Shown here one piece after another: positions 38,833-52,467 of a stretch of 64,000 nt of DNA; positions within the stretch are counted from its first letter, which is position 1; each line of letters starts with the position of its first letter. The notes under the pieces are model-generated. The model was not told the origin of the DNA and did no database searches. It saw only the letters and a list, made by a program, of their open reading frames with translations. Location of the stretch: positions 515,058 to 579,057 of the forward strand of contig MU053487.1 in the NCBI GenBank assembly GCA_013239625.1, in the 5' to 3' direction. Position numbers and translations under genes: made by a program. The DNA is from Lama guanicoe (taxonomy: Eukaryota).

Positions 38833-39918
38833 AAATCTTCGTGTGGACATATTTTATTTCTCTTGGGTAAAGACCTAGGATTAGAATTGCCGAGTTGTAT
38901 TGTTAGTGTATGTTTAACTTCATATGAAATGGCCAGATTATTTTCCAAAGTCATTTTTTCAGTTTATATTCCCACCTGCACTGAGAAATGCAGTTGTTCT
39001 GCATCCTTATCAGGACTTAATGTTTTTTGTCTCTTTAATTTTAGCCATTTTTGTGTGTATGTAGCAGTATCTCACAGTGGTTTAATTTGCATTCCCCTAA
39101 TCACTAAGGATGTTGAGCAATGCTTATTAGCCATTTATATATCTACTGTGAAGCATCTGTTGAAATCTTTTGCTCATTTTTGAAAATTGAGGTTTTTTTA
39201 GTAAATCTTTAAAGGATTCTTTACATATTTTAGGGGCAAGTCGTTTGTCACTTGTGTTATTGAGAATATTTTTTCCTAGTCTGATTTGCTTTTTCGTGTT
39301 TTTAATTTTAATGAATGCATAGATTTTAACTTCATTTTTCTTTTTCAAGCAAGAAACCAACATAAGTTTACTCTGATATTCCCTCCATAATGTAAGTGAA
39401 ATAGCAGAAGAATTGTTACTGTGCCACAGAACAAAACAGAAGCGCCTGTAATTAATAACCTAGATCAAATATGTTCTCAACATTTTGCCTAGATGATGTG
39501 AAATTATAACTGTTTTGCATATTTTTCTGATTTGCCAGTGACAGTATAACAATCAAGAGTGTGGTAAAAGATTGCATTTTTAGATAGAATTTTTGATTAC
39601 TCAGAATTTTAATTACTCAGACTGACAGAAGTTAAGTTTGACTTGTGAGCCAAAGTTACCTAGTGTATTTAAATGTATATTTATTACTTTTTGGCTTTTA
39701 ATTCTGAACTGTGAACTTAATTCTTTAATGATTTTTTTTTCATTTTATCACTTACTGATTTTTTGTTTTTCCTTTATCTTTGCTTTATGTTTCCATGGAC
39801 AGGGCTTATCCACCTTTCTGGGGTGCTAAATAACTGTTGCTGTTAATTTGGATATAGGAGATTAGTGTTTTAAAGGTGGCTTAGACCTCTAGGTGACATA
39901 GTATCTCATTTTTTTCAG

Positions 39919-40096
39919 GGTGTTAGCTTCCCTTAATCTTCCAGCAGCAATTGAAGATATATCTGGAGATACCGTACCTCAGTCTATATTGACTAAGTCC
40001 ACATCTGTGATTGAGCAGGGAGGCATCCAGACTGTTGATCAGTTGATCAAAGAACTACCCGAACTTCTACAAAGAAATAGAGAAATCCTAGATGAG
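39919..40096 (+). CDS. PDCD6IP: ALIX exon 10 (V domain)
   Basis: ttttcag|G GTG; VLASLNLPAAIEDISGDTVPQSIL...NREILDE; donor GAG|gtatgt. Confidence 0.97.
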
Positions 40097-40224
40097 GTAT
40101 GTTTTAAGAGATTTGATTTACAAGTGAAAGCTCTTTGACCGCTTGATGTCTAGCAGGGACAAGGCCTGGAGGCTTCCTCCTATTGGGTTTTTTATTTGAC
40201 CTTATATATAGAAAATCCTAAAAT

Positions 40225-40997
40225 TAGGAGTTTGATAGGGATTGCATATTCAGTGCATTCACTTTAAATCAGTTTGGGGAGTATTGCTGATCTTCCAATT
40301 ACGCTCCCAGTCCATGGACAGAGGATGTCTTTCCATTTATCTTAGTGTTCTTTAATTTCTTTCAACTCTGTTTTGTAGTTTTCACTGTACAAGTCTTGTA
40401 CCTCCTTGGTTAAATTTATTCCTAAAAATTTTACTCTTCTTGATGGTATTGCAGTGGAATTGTCATCTTAATTTTCCTTTTTGGATTGCTCATGGTTAGA
40501 GTATAGAAATATAACTGATTTTGTATTCTGTAACTTGACTAAATTCATTTATTATCTCTGATAGTTTTTTTGTGGATTGCTGAGAATCTTCTGTATACAA
40601 AATTGTATCATCTGCAAGTAGAGATAAGTTTTACTTCTTCCTTTCCACTTTTGGATGCCTTTTATTTCTTTCTCTTGCCTAATTATGTTAGACAGTACAA
40701 TGCTGGATAGAAGTGGTGAAAGCTGACAGCCTTTGTCCTGATCATGACCTTTGGAGGGGAAGCTTCCACTGTTTCACTGTCCTCGGAATGTAAGGGTGGT
40801 TGATGTCAAAGAATCAATTAATGTAATACTCTATATTAGTAGAATGAAGGAAAAAACCGTATGATCATCTTGAGATACAGAAAAAATTTTTGACGAAATT
40901 CAACATTCTTTTATGATAAAAAGACTTAATAAACTAGAAATAGAAAGGAACTTCCTCAATCTGAGACAGGTGGTCTATGAAAAACCTACAGCTAATT
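40225..40997. mobile_element. L1 ORF2 (RT region) in two oppositely oriented pieces: minus 40225-40778, plus 40784-40997
   Basis: The plus piece is a degenerate match to ...SINVI...EKxFDxIQHxFMIKxLNKL...YEKPTAN; the minus piece continues from ...EAFPxRS... onward. Confidence 0.8.
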
Positions 40998-42497
40998 ATC
41001 TCATTGTTTGTGTATTTTTGCTGACTTTTGCTCATAGTGGTTTGTTTCCTCTTATTTCAGTATTTTTTTGTGCATTTGTTCTTGGATTTTAAAACTTTTA
41101 ATTCGGGATAATTTCGGATTTATAGAAAAGTAGCAAATTTAGTACAGATAGTTTACCCAGCTGCCCTAAAAGTTAGACTCTTACATAGCCATGGTACATT
41201 TGTTAAAACTAAGACATTCAACATTGGTACAATAGTATCACTCAGATTTTATCAGTTATTCCATCTTGTCCTTCTGTTTCAAGATCCAGTCCAAAATACT
41301 ACATTGCATTTAATGTTCGATGATTTTTTTCAATTAATGAATTCGTATTTCCTGAACTTCATTTGTGGGCAGTCTAAGCTTAGGAGGTTTTTTTGTTTTG
41401 GTGTGGTTAATCTTTTAATTAGAAGTTTGTCTTAGGACTTTGTGTCGCATAAAGTGTAGTATGATTTCTAGTCCTAAGTTCAGGCCTTTGGTTAGGAATC
41501 TTAAGGTGATACTTCTTTTCTTTTCTATTTAGAGCCAAGGTTTAGACAGCTGAGTTCCCTTCTGTCGGGCAGTTTTCTTTTTTAAAAATGGTTCCCCTGA
41601 GTGTCACCTGTTTGGAAATGACCCAGTTTGAGGGAAGATAGTGCCTTTGATCTGACCTCCTACTCATGTTAGCCCCACCTATGTTTCTTGTCTCCCTGTT
41701 CATGTTCTGTTGCATTCACACTCTCAGCCAGTAGAGAATATGCAGTAGGTGGACTATGGACAGTGGGCCTCCAATTTGTGGCCTGTTTTTGTATGGTTTA
41801 CTAGTTAAGCGTGGGATGATTTTTCACCACTTTTAGAGGGTTGTCAAAAAAGAAAAGGAAGAATATGTGACAGAGACTGGTCCACAAAGCCTAAAATATT
41901 TACACTAGTGTTTGGCAGAGGTTTGCAGAGCTCTGCTCTCAGCTCAGGAGTTAGCAGACACCATTGACTCTGGCACTCGTGTCCATTGGACGGTTAGCAC
42001 TTCTTGTTTCTGGCCCTCTGCTATCCTGTCTTCTCAGCTGTGGATTAAAAAGGCATTTTTTATATGTTAACTTTCAGTTTTTTGTATTGGGATTGAAATC
42101 TGAATCTTTTATTTTCATAAATTAATCAGGTTTCTCTTTATTTTGTTTATGGCTTCTAAGGTCTAAAGGCTTTCTTATTAGTTTTAATCCTAAAAAAAAC
42201 TTTGTTTAAAGTAGTCTTGGTATTTTGATGCACGTAACTGTCAGTTATCTTTCTGAATTTTACTGAGTAAGGTAATGGCTAACCTAGCCTTAAGTTTTAT
42301 AGGATTTTTTTGTTAAATATATTATAACTTGGGTTTCTGCCACAAAAATTATTGTACTAATTTATATTCTATCCAGTAATGTAGGAGTAGTCTCATCTCA
42401 GTACTTCTTACCTATATGGAGCATGAACATTTAAAAACTTGTAAATTTTTTACACCAGAAATGATATCTCATTGTTGCTTTGCCTCCTTTTAAAAAG

Positions 42498-42609
42498 TCA
42501 TTAAGATTGTTGGATGAAGAAGAAGCAACTGACAATGATTTAAGAGCAAAATTCAAGGAACGCTGGCAGAGAACACCATCCAATGACCTCTATAAGCCTT
42601 TAAGAGCAG
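42498..42609 (+). CDS. PDCD6IP: ALIX exon 11
   Basis: ttttaaaaag|TCA; SLRLLDEEEATDNDLRAKFKERWQRTPSNDLYKPLRA; donor CAG|gtaaaa. Confidence 0.96.
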
Positions 42610-43189
42610 GTAAAAATGTACATAAATGACTTTCACTTAAGTTCTCAATTTCTAGCCACAATTTTGCTTGATTAAATCAAGCTCCATTGTAAACCTGTTT
42701 TTACTGTGACTGGTATTATGAAAATCCAGGTTTGTTTATTCAGTTCAGTGTAAGATAAATAACAAAGGTAATCCATGTTCATTATGAGAAGTTCACATTC
42801 TTAAGAAGGGTATAAAGTAAAAGTTAAAATGGTCCTGTAACTCTCATTTCCTATTCCAAGCTCGATGCATATTTTAAAAACATAAATGAGATTGTGTTTT
42901 ATGTATGGTTTTATAATTTCATTTCACTTAGTCGTGACTCTTAGTGGTAAAAGATGAGTTTTAACAGTCAACCTGAAGCCAAATTATTATTTTTAAGACT
43001 TTGGTTGTTAAGATTTTGTGCTTGTTGAAGTAAATGATGTTCTTCCTGGTAACTAGAAATTTGTTTTATTTCTCTGTAGAAGTAATTAATACTATTGAGA
43101 TTTTTCTAAAAATATATCTACTTTCTTTTAAGTCAAATTGAAGGAGTGATCCTGAAAGAGGAATACCTTTTTTTTCTCTACTCCTGAAT

Positions 43190-43775
43190 GTTTTTTTTTT
43201 GTTGAAGTATAGTCAATGTACAATGTTGTGTTAATTTCTGGTGTACACCATAGTGATTCATTTATACATACATATATTCCTTTTCATACTGTTTTTCATT
43301 ATAGGCCATTACAAGGTATTGAAAACAGTTCCCTGTGCTGTACAGTAGGACCTTGTTGTTTATCTGTTTTATGTATAGTAGTTGCAAATCCCAAACTCCA
43401 AACTTACTCCGACCTCACCTTCTTTCCCCTCTGGTAACCATAAGTTTGTTTTTCTATGTCTGTGAGTCTGTTTCTGTTTTGTAATTTTCATTTGTGTCAT
43501 TTTTTTAGATTCCACATATAAATGATATCGTGTGGTATTTTCCTTTCTCTTTCTGGCTTCACTTAGTATGACAGTCTTCGGGTCCATCCATGTTGTTGCA
43601 AATGGCATTGTTTTATTCTTTTTTTGTGGCTGAGTAGTATTTCATGGTATATATAGACCATGACTTCTTTACCCAGTCATCTGTCAATGGACATTTAGAT
43701 TGCTTCCATGTCTTGACTGTTGAATAGTGCTGCTATGAACATTGGGGTGTGTGTATCTTTTGGAATTCGAGTTTT
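43190..43775 (-). mobile_element. L1 3' end (artiodactyl type)
   Basis: Poly(T) then gttgaagtatagtc...; minus-strand ORF MPFATTWMDPKTVILSE resembles the sequence at the end of L1 ORF2. Confidence 0.88.
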
Positions 43776-43915
43776 GTTTTTTTTTAACCTTTTTTATTGA
43801 GTTATAGTCATTTTACAGTGTTGTGTCAAATTCCAGTGTACAGCACAGTTTTTCACTTATACATGAACATATGTATATTCATTGTCACATTGTTTTTTGC
43901 TGTGAGCTACCATAA
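43776..43915 (-). mobile_element. Short younger L1 3' end nested at the edge of the previous L1
   Basis: T tail plus tttttattgagttatagtcattttacagtgttgtgtc; TSD TGGAATTCGAGTTTT (43761-43775) / TGGAATTTGAGTTTT (43916-43930). Confidence 0.8.
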
Positions 43916-44291
43916 TGGAATTTGAGTTTTTGAGAGAGAAATACTTCTAAAATAAATTGTAATAATTTTTGGAGTGAATGTTTTCTTTCTGCATTAATTG
44001 TAGGAAAAGATTAGACTAATAACAAATAGCTTTTATTTGGTGAACAGTAACCACAAATGTATTTTAAGGTATAACTGTGCTTTTGCTTTATAATTTATTT
44101 TTGTCATTTTCCAAAAACAAAAATGCAGAGACTGACAGGAGCTCAGTTTCTGTTATCTAGTGAATTGGGCCTTATAGAAGAGAGAAACAAGTAAAGTTGG
44201 AGAACAGAGATAAAAGTACAACCAGCCCATAAACATTGCTGTTAAAATCAATGCTGTGCCCTGGTAACATTTCCCTCCCCACCCCCTCCAG

Positions 44292-44461
44292 AGGGAAGCA
44301 ACTTCAGAACCGTTTTGGACAAAGCAGTGCAGGCAGATGGGCAGGTGAAAGAACGTTACCAGGCTCACCGGGACACCATTGCACTTCTGTGTAAGCCCGA
44401 GCCCGAGCTGAACGCTGCCATCCCTTCTGCTAACCCAGCAAAGACCATGCAGGGCAGTGAG
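44292..44461 (+). CDS. PDCD6IP: ALIX exon 12
   Basis: cctccag|AG; EGSNFRTVLDKAVQADGQVKERYQ...KTMQGSE; donor GAG|gtgagg. Confidence 0.97.
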
Positions 44462-47033
44462 GTGAGGAGATGCGTTTTGATGGGAGTGTCATCTGCTTAT
44501 GAAAACTGTGCTCAAGCCATTATATATGATGAATTGTCAATTTCTTCTTTATTGGCATCTTTTTAAAAATGCTAATGTACATTGAGGTGGTTGTTTTTAA
44601 AGTAGGATGATATACACACTGGGTGAAAAGTAATTATACTAATAATATTACTCCTTTAACAATAATTTGTTTATTGAATGCCTCCTATGAACTGGGCACA
44701 GTATTCTAGGTACTTCATATGTTCACAGTATTTAATACAAGTTTTATAAAAGGGAAAAGCTTGGAAGTAAGTATAGGAACTTCCTTGAAGTGGAAGGACT
44801 GGATCTGGCCAGATACTCTTCTGACCACAGAGTGTTCCTTACGTCAGTCTATACTGCCTTCCACCGTGTGCCACTGGGACTACCTGTCAAGGGAAGGTTG
44901 TCAAGGTGTGCATGTTAATAAATGGATAACACCATCATGGCGTTTCTACTGGTGACAGGAAGGAGGAAATCAGTAGTGGGGCATGTGACTCACAAAGTCC
45001 TGACAGAGGAGAACGTGCATGTATGATCTAGTGGCTGAGCATTGTGAGGCCATGTAGGCGGGAAGACAGAGGCCCTGAAGCACACAGGAAAGTCAGCCAG
45101 AGGGCAAGAAATAGTGCTGAAACTTCTTGAAAAAGGTGAATTTTCTGAGACCACAGTTATCAGAAGTTATCATTGTTGTTCCTTATTTGTCTTTCCACAG
45201 AAGCGTTCATGTATTTATTCAGCTAAGGCTTAATGGAGTTCTACTCTGTAAGGCAGTGTGCTAGGCACTTCGGAAAATTCACACATGATACACACTGCCT
45301 TTACCCTCAATTTATGATCCATGTGGAAGATTAGACATATACAAGGATGACTGCAACCCAGGGTAGAAATTAAAAAGTGTCATAACTATAGAACGTTGAC
45401 TGTGAGCATTTAGGTGACAAAGTACTTTTCCAGCATTTGAAGCTCCTCTCTTAGGAGGCTTTTTGAGAAATCGGCACATTGTGAGAACAGTAGACAGGCA
45501 GAAACACGTGTAGGATCTGAGAAGCCTGAGTGAGTGGGTGTGTCCAGAGTGGCTGCTGCAGGTTCAGTGGGAACCAGCCCCCAGAGTGAAGAGAAGAGGG
45601 CTAATCGAACGTGCACAGAACCTGAATCTAAAGGGGGGGGGACCTGAGGAAACAGCGAATACCAGTCAGATGCTCTGAGGAAGTAGGAGGGAAAAAGAGT
45701 GTGGTTAGAGGAGTAATTTGTGAAGAAAAGATTCTGCACATCCACAGAACAGCAACAAACTCTGGCCTGTTTTTATTTTAGAAAAAAAAAAATCTATGTT
45801 TAGTATCCTCTTTCTTTTTAGTGTCATGTATGTGACTCAGAGCTGATACAGCTTTTGTCCTTTGATTCTTCTGCTTCCTGTAGAAAAGCAGAAAGTTGTT
45901 TTTGCTGAGCAAAATCAGAATTAGCATGTGCTGATTTGTTATTTTATTCAGCTATAGTAATAGCTATTTTGTTACTCCATAGTGGTATTACAGAAGGGAA
46001 GAAAACTTCAATATGAAGTTATTTTACTGAAATTAAATTTTCTGCGTAGAGGCAGCCAAAATTTTTTCAGTATTCTATGTGTTCATTTATTATGTGCCTT
46101 TATCGAAAAAGCTGTTTGTGTTTATCAAAGCTGTTTCAGGTAGTTGTCATTGTAGTTGATGACACATTAGCCAGACTTTTTAATGAGAAAACCTCAGTTA
46201 TTTGAATTGCTAATTATTAAAATGGTACAAAGTACATGTTTTATTAAGAGGTCCAAGCATAGTAGGTAGGGCTGTTTTTTATTATGAAGGGACTAACTAT
46301 CTAGTTATTTATCTTTCTTCTATTTGGGCATCTGGTTTTAGATACTGAGATACTCTGAAAAATTTTGCAGGCTGTTGGTAATTGGTATTTAAAGATTCTT
46401 CTTAAAGAACGTAGGACCCTGGCTTGGGATTGTGCTCCTGTGATTCACTGGGATTTGGAAAATCTAGTCTACACTTGTCCGGCCAAGCTAGCTGAGATAA
46501 TACCCACTGGCACTCAGTGTTGAATGTGCCTGGGGTGAGGAGGGGCACAGTTGAGAAAACCTTCATCTCCTCCGAGGTAGTGCGTGAAGTGGCACGGTCC
46601 ATAGCTTTGTGCTCTCCAAGGCTGCTTTGTTTACACAACGGCACCTTATAGACTAGTAGATGATTTGTAAACACAGCTTTTACCCTTAGTCTTTTGTAAC
46701 AGAAAGTTTCTGGACAAGTGCTGAGGCTGGCTGGCACCTGTTCATTGCTTTGTTCAGCAAACAATTGTGGAAGTCCTCTTGTGTGCCAGGAGCTGTGGCA
46801 CCTGGCCCCTAACGTGCAGAGCTGGAAAGCTCCTGTCTAGGTTAGCCTCAGTGTAGGGTACGCAGTCACATCCCCGCTGTTCTCTTGGCTGTGGAGATAC
46901 TCTCGTGTCTGCCTATTCTGAACATGAAACGATAAGGTCTGAAAAATAAAGCTGAAAATTTCACTGAAAGCATTTCTCACATGCCACTGTGTATTTGGTG
47001 CTGTCAGATGCTGCAGAGTTTTATCATTTGAAA

Positions 47034-47352
47034 CGGAGGTTGGCAAACTATGGCCTGTGATCCAGATCCAGCCTGCCTTCTGTTTTGTGTGGCCTGTGAG
47101 CCAAGGATGCTTTTAATAACTTTTTTAAAAAGTCAAAAGAATAATGTTTAATAATGTTTAAAGTGACATGTGCACTTCATATGAAGTTCAGATCTGTGTT
47201 CATAAATGAGTTTTTGTTGGGACCCAGCCGCACTCATTCATGTACATTTTGTCTGCGGCTGCTTTCATCCTACAAAGGCAGAGTGGAGTAGTTTCAACAG
47301 AGACTATGGCTCACGAAGCCAGATTTCTGTCTGGTCCTATATAGGCCCCTGG
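47034..47352. mobile_element. MER58-like hAT element
   Basis: gaggttggcaaactatggcctgtg...cagagtggagtagtttcaacagagac. Confidence 0.7.
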
Positions 47353-47879
47353 TCTGAAAGATGAAGTACAGGCAGCCTAGGTGATCTCATGCCTTGTTTG
47401 CCCTTTTCTCCCTCTGTTCTATCTTTTGTTTACCATGCTTCAGTTAGACTGGCTTTGTTTCTTCCATTGAACTTACTCAGCTTGTTCTGCCCCAGGACTT
47501 TTGCTTTTCTTTCTGTTGGGGGTCTTTCTTCCCTTTGCATCGTTACTACCTCTTTTTCACTACAGCCTCCCACGCCACCCTTTCCCCCTCTCTGTCATTG
47601 TCTCAGTATTACTGTATATTACTCTATTTTCTTGTATTTGTTTAATCCTCCCCTCCTCTCCTCTGCTCCCCAAATAAAGGAAAGGACTCTGTTTTTGTTA
47701 ATAGTTGTATTGTAGAACCTAGTACAGCACCCGATACTCAACATTCAAAAAATATTTGTCCATAGAATAATAACCACTTGCAACCTAACTTAATAAAGGG
47801 ATATCATTAACTGCAGTTGAAAGCTAATTGGAGCTGTTTATAAAACATAGAAGTAAATACTACAAGACTCTTATTATTT

Positions 47880-48522
47880 TCTTATTTTTTAATCAAGGTA
47901 TAATTGACATACAAGATTATATAGTTTTAGGTGTACATCATAATGAAATGATTTGATATGTATATATATTGCAAAATGATCACCACAGTAAGTCTAGTCA
48001 ACATGGGTCACCATAAATTGTGCAGAATTTTTTTTTCCCTTGTGATGAGAACTTTTGAGATTTACTCCCTTAGCAACCTTCAAATATGCCATGCAGTGTT
48101 ACTAATTACAATTGTGGTGCTGTACAGTACATCCCCATGACTGACTGCTTTTATAACTGGAAGTTTGTACTTTTTTACTTCTTCACCCATTTCATAGGCT
48201 TCCCCTCCCTTGCCTCTGGCAACCACCAGTCTATTCTTTGTAACTACCATCTTGTTTTTGGTTTTTTTTTTAAGATTCCACGTATACATGAAATTATATG
48301 TATTTGTCTTTCATTGTCTGACTTATTTCCCTTAGCATAGTACCATCAAGGTCCACCCATGTTTTCACAAATGGCAAGTTTCCTTTCTTTCTCATGATTG
48401 AATAATATTCCATTATGTATATATACCACATTTTCTTTTCCATTTATCTGTTGATGGACATTTAGGTTGTTTCCATATCTTGACTATTGTAAATAATGCT
48501 GCAGTGAACATGGGGGTGCATA
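47880..48522 (-). mobile_element. L1 3' end (L1MA9-like)
   Basis: aggtataattgacatacaa...gtgatgagaacttttgagatttactc...gcagtgaacatgggggtgcata. Confidence 0.85.
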
Positions 48523-51029
48523 GGAATTCTAATTATTTATGTACTTAAACTTGATAACATGTTAAGTTTCAAACTTGAGTTTATAGGAATATTTAGGCAG
48601 TGGTTTTTTCCTTAGTATCCTGGTCGTTCATTTGTGGAAACAGTTTAATTTCACCCTTTTTGAGATGAGGGCAGTATCATACAATTTAAAATATAGTTAA
48701 ACTAGTGTATGACAAAAAAAAAGAGGATGTTTTTCATACAAGAAATCTCTTCTAATTTTGTGTGGTAGCCTGAAAGTTCATTTGTAAATTGGTTGTTTCA
48801 AATGGCATTTTTCCCACAGACCTAGAATTATAGCATTTTGGAATAGATTAGGATTTGTTAAATAGCTGTTAGGTCCTTCTTTATCCTCTGATTAGAAAAT
48901 TGACCACCATAAAAGTTAGGAAGTTTAGCTCTTCTTCATAATGGAGCTGATATTAGAGCTTGTGGTTCTTAAAATTCTGGGGAAATTCTCTTCCCACACT
49001 ACTGTGCTGCCCTGTGGATGGATACTTTTTCACTGAAGAGGATGCTGTATCCATGTGAATCGTGTTTGTCTTAAATTCTTTAGTGGCTAACTTGGGGATA
49101 TTATCACACAATTTTGGCCCATTTGATGAGAGGATCTTAGTTCCTATGCTATGTAAGAGACATTCAGTGTATTTCAAGATAATAGTGTTAACAGTGTTCC
49201 TGACTTTCAGCTTTATTTACTAGGCTATTTTTAAAAATCACTTCTGCATATCCCTATTTCTCCCCCACTTTATTTTACCGCCCCCCCCTTTTTTAAAGAA
49301 TTTCTAGCTTTTGTTAGATACAACTTACATAGAGGGGAAAATGACATTTTTTACTCTTAATAGCCAAGCAACCTTCACATAGGTTTGTAGTCATGGTTGA
49401 GGTTCCATTATCACTTTAAATATGCCAACAGATAAAACTGTCACCACCTTTTCAAATTTATATGCTGTTACATCCCACCAATACAAAATGTGTCACATAA
49501 TTACAGAAATAGTTACAATTCAGCTAAATAAAGGATACTTTAGTTCTTAATCTATTCCTCATTGTTCCTCTGTTCCTGTCTGAATGCTTAGATGCCTAAG
49601 TCTCATGAGTCCACAGTGCACACAAAGTATAGAGTTACATCGTGAAACCCAGCTACCAGTCAGTGATAATGAGTGCTGTTGACTGAACACTTAGCTTGTG
49701 TTAGAAATTACACAGAGCACTTCTATGGATTATTTCAGTCTTTACAACCGTCCTGAGATACAGGTACTATTATTATTATTGTTTTTCAGATGAGAAAATA
49801 GAGCTTTCCAGGTAAACTGCCCCAGGTTACCCAATAACTAAGCCCATTATATTCACTAAGGGAATATTGTCACAGTTCACGTTTTTTTTTTTCATGTATT
49901 CGTATTTCACTTTGCTGGACAACTAGGTTCATATGTTAACTATATTTAAGTTTTGATTTAATTTGTGTTTTGGATATGTAAAAAGTTTATGATTCAAAAG
50001 GTACATGCGCAGAAATCTCATTCCTATTTTTCCTACCTTATTCCCATCTGTTCTCTTTAACTAACAATATTCATTAATTTCTGGTTTGTCCTTAGTGCTT
50101 TTCTTTTTGCAAAAAATACATATGTACATAGATGCACATAATATATTGTGTGTGTGTATCTTTATATTCTGATTTTCCTTCTCTCTTACTCAAAATGCAA
50201 CATACTACGTATATGCTTTTGCACCTTTTTTTCATTTAACAATATAGCCTGAAAGTCATTTGGAAGCAGGACCTTTATCCACTTTCTTAAAATCAGATTT
50301 TACTTTAACAGACTTTGCCTTGTCCATCCAGGTATGATTCTTTCTCCTCTTCATTCCTTTTAGATTGTCTGTGGTTTGATGCTTCTTGGACCTCTAGGAG
50401 TCACGTTTCTTTTCACTGCTCTGCGTGATAAGAGACTCTGAATTTAAGATAGGACACTTAGGAGATATGGTGGTAACAGAGGCCAAAATTTAGAAGAAGC
50501 TTGAGACTTTCCCTCAGGTCTTTGGTCTTCACATAGGAAGGTCACTCTGGATGCTCTTGTCTAGGAGCTAAGGAGGGTTGTGGGCTGAAGACAAGACAGA
50601 ACTCCTTAGAAACAGGCAGTAGGTAAGGAGATCCTTTGGAGTTGGAAGTGCTACTGGTAAGAATAAAGATGGGTGTAGATGGGGTTCAGGGTTGACCCCT
50701 TTTTCCCTTTGTTTTTCCCCACTTTCTTTCTGTGAACATCACTGGCAAGCAGAATAGAGGGTTAGGGGGTGATGTTCTCCCTGGCTATCTGAGCAAAAGT
50801 GTGACGAGATGTGAGTGAAATGGGGCAGCTCCTAAGTGGCCTTCAAGGGCACTTGGACACTGTAACACTGTTACCAGAAAGGGATGTTTATGAATCATGT
50901 GAGGGTTAGTCCGAGGCTGCCTGGACTCAATAAGAGGCAAAACTCATAATGTCAGGAAAGATACAGAATCCTCTCTCCCTCTTTCTCTCCCAGTATATAA
51001 AATAAACACGTAGTTTATAGCTATTTGTA

Positions 51030-51068
51030 TCTCTCTGTCTGTCTTTCTTTGTCTAGGGTGCTCTCTCG

Positions 51069-51105
<37 letters not shown>

Positions 51106-51181
51106 TCATCTCTCTCTCATCACTCCCTCTCCTTCCCTCCCTCTCCTCCCTCTCCTGCCCCTGTCTCTTTCTCTCTCTCTC
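51030..51181. repeat. (CT)n-rich polypyrimidine microsatellite
   Basis: Direct inspection. Confidence 0.9.
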
Positions 51182-51257
51182 AGTCTTGCTATGTTGGCAA
51201 AATAGGGTGTCTACTTACTTGACAGAAACATACCTTCCCCTCTTCAAAGTCACGAGA

Positions 51258-51510
51258 GACGCAGTATAGTGTCGAGTGAGTGGTAAGAGCAGTTTTGGAG
51301 TTGGGTGGACTTAAGTCTCAAATTTCATCTCTGCTTCTTTAGTAGCTGTGTAACCTCTGGCATGTTACTTAGTTTTTCTGACACTCAGTTTCTCCATCTG
51401 TGGAGAGGTAATAAATACATATATCCTGTGAGATATTGTAAGGAATACATTAAATTATATTTGTTAAGTGTTTGGGACAGTGCCTGGCACATAATAAATG
51501 TTCAGTAAAT
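51258..51510 (+). mobile_element. MIR SINE
   Basis: tagtagctgtgtaacctctggcatgttactta...ctcagtttctccatctg...cagtgcctggcacata. Confidence 0.75.
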
Positions 51511-51734
51511 CATAGCCCTTGCTACTGTTACAGTTATTGCTCCTGCTGCTATGATCTGAATCCACTAAAGGTACAATGTCTGTATCTAAATAAACATGAT
51601 GTGTGGTTTATACTTGGCTCTTGGAGAAGTCATCTCTCCCTGACCTTGGATGAACCTTTGTATATACGTCTCTTCTTGAAATTGGCTTCTGGGCTTTTAG
51701 GCAATTAAACTAAAAAAAATTTTGTTTTGTTTAG

Positions 51735-51983
51735 GTTGTAAATGTCTTAAAATCCTTATTGACAAATCTTGATGAAGTAAAGAAGGAAAGAGAGGGGCTG
51801 GAGAATGACCTGAAATCAGTGAATTTTGACATGACAAGCAAATTTTTGACTGCTCTGGCTCAAGATGGTGTGATAAATGAAGAAGCTATTTCTGTAACTG
51901 AACTGGATCGAATCTATGGAGGTCTTACCACTAAAGTCCAAGAGTCTCTAAAGAAACAGGAAGGGCTCCTTAAAAATATTCAG
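51735..51983 (+). CDS. PDCD6IP: ALIX exon 13
   Basis: tgtttag|GTT; VVNVLKSLLTNLDEVKKEREGLENDLK...LLKNIQ; donor CAG|gtaaag. Confidence 0.97.
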
Positions 51984-52332
51984 GTAAAGTTTATGTACTT
52001 CAGTAAGGTTTGTAATTTAAAGAAGCACAGAAGGGATAAGCCTGGACTAAGTCTGTGTCCATGTAGGGTTGTGTTTATTCCGAGTGTTACGTAGTAATAG
52101 AAATTGGTAAACATTATTGGTTGTATTTTGATACCCACTGAATTTTTGATGTTTTTACTTAAGGAAAGATTTGAAGTACTGTTTTACTCCAAAAATAATC
52201 TATTAGGTAAACATACAGTAATTCCTGCATGTTATCATATATGTTTTCATTTAGGAAAGTATCAGTGCAAATGTTATGAGCTTTATTAATGTGCTAAATA
52301 AATATAACTGCATGAATCTTTCTTTTAACAAG

Positions 52333-52467
52333 GTCTCACACCAGGAATTTTCGAAAATGAAACAATCTAATAATGAAGCTAACTTAAGAGAAGAAGTTTT
52401 GAAGAATTTAGCTACTGCATATGACAACTTTGTTGAACTTGTAGCTAATTTGAAGGAGGGCACAAAG
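52333..52467 (+). CDS. PDCD6IP: ALIX exon 14
   Basis: ttaacaag|GTC; VSHQEFSKMKQSNNEANLREEVLKNLATAYDNFVELVANLKEGTK; donor AAG|gtatga. Confidence 0.97.

Larger units (their letters stand above)
37895..39330 (-). mobile_element. Old L1 3' region interrupted by an AT-rich repeat and a SINE
   Basis: aatgcactcattttaagtgtatagtttga; gtggtttaatttgcattcccctaatcactaaggatgttgagca. Confidence 0.7.
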
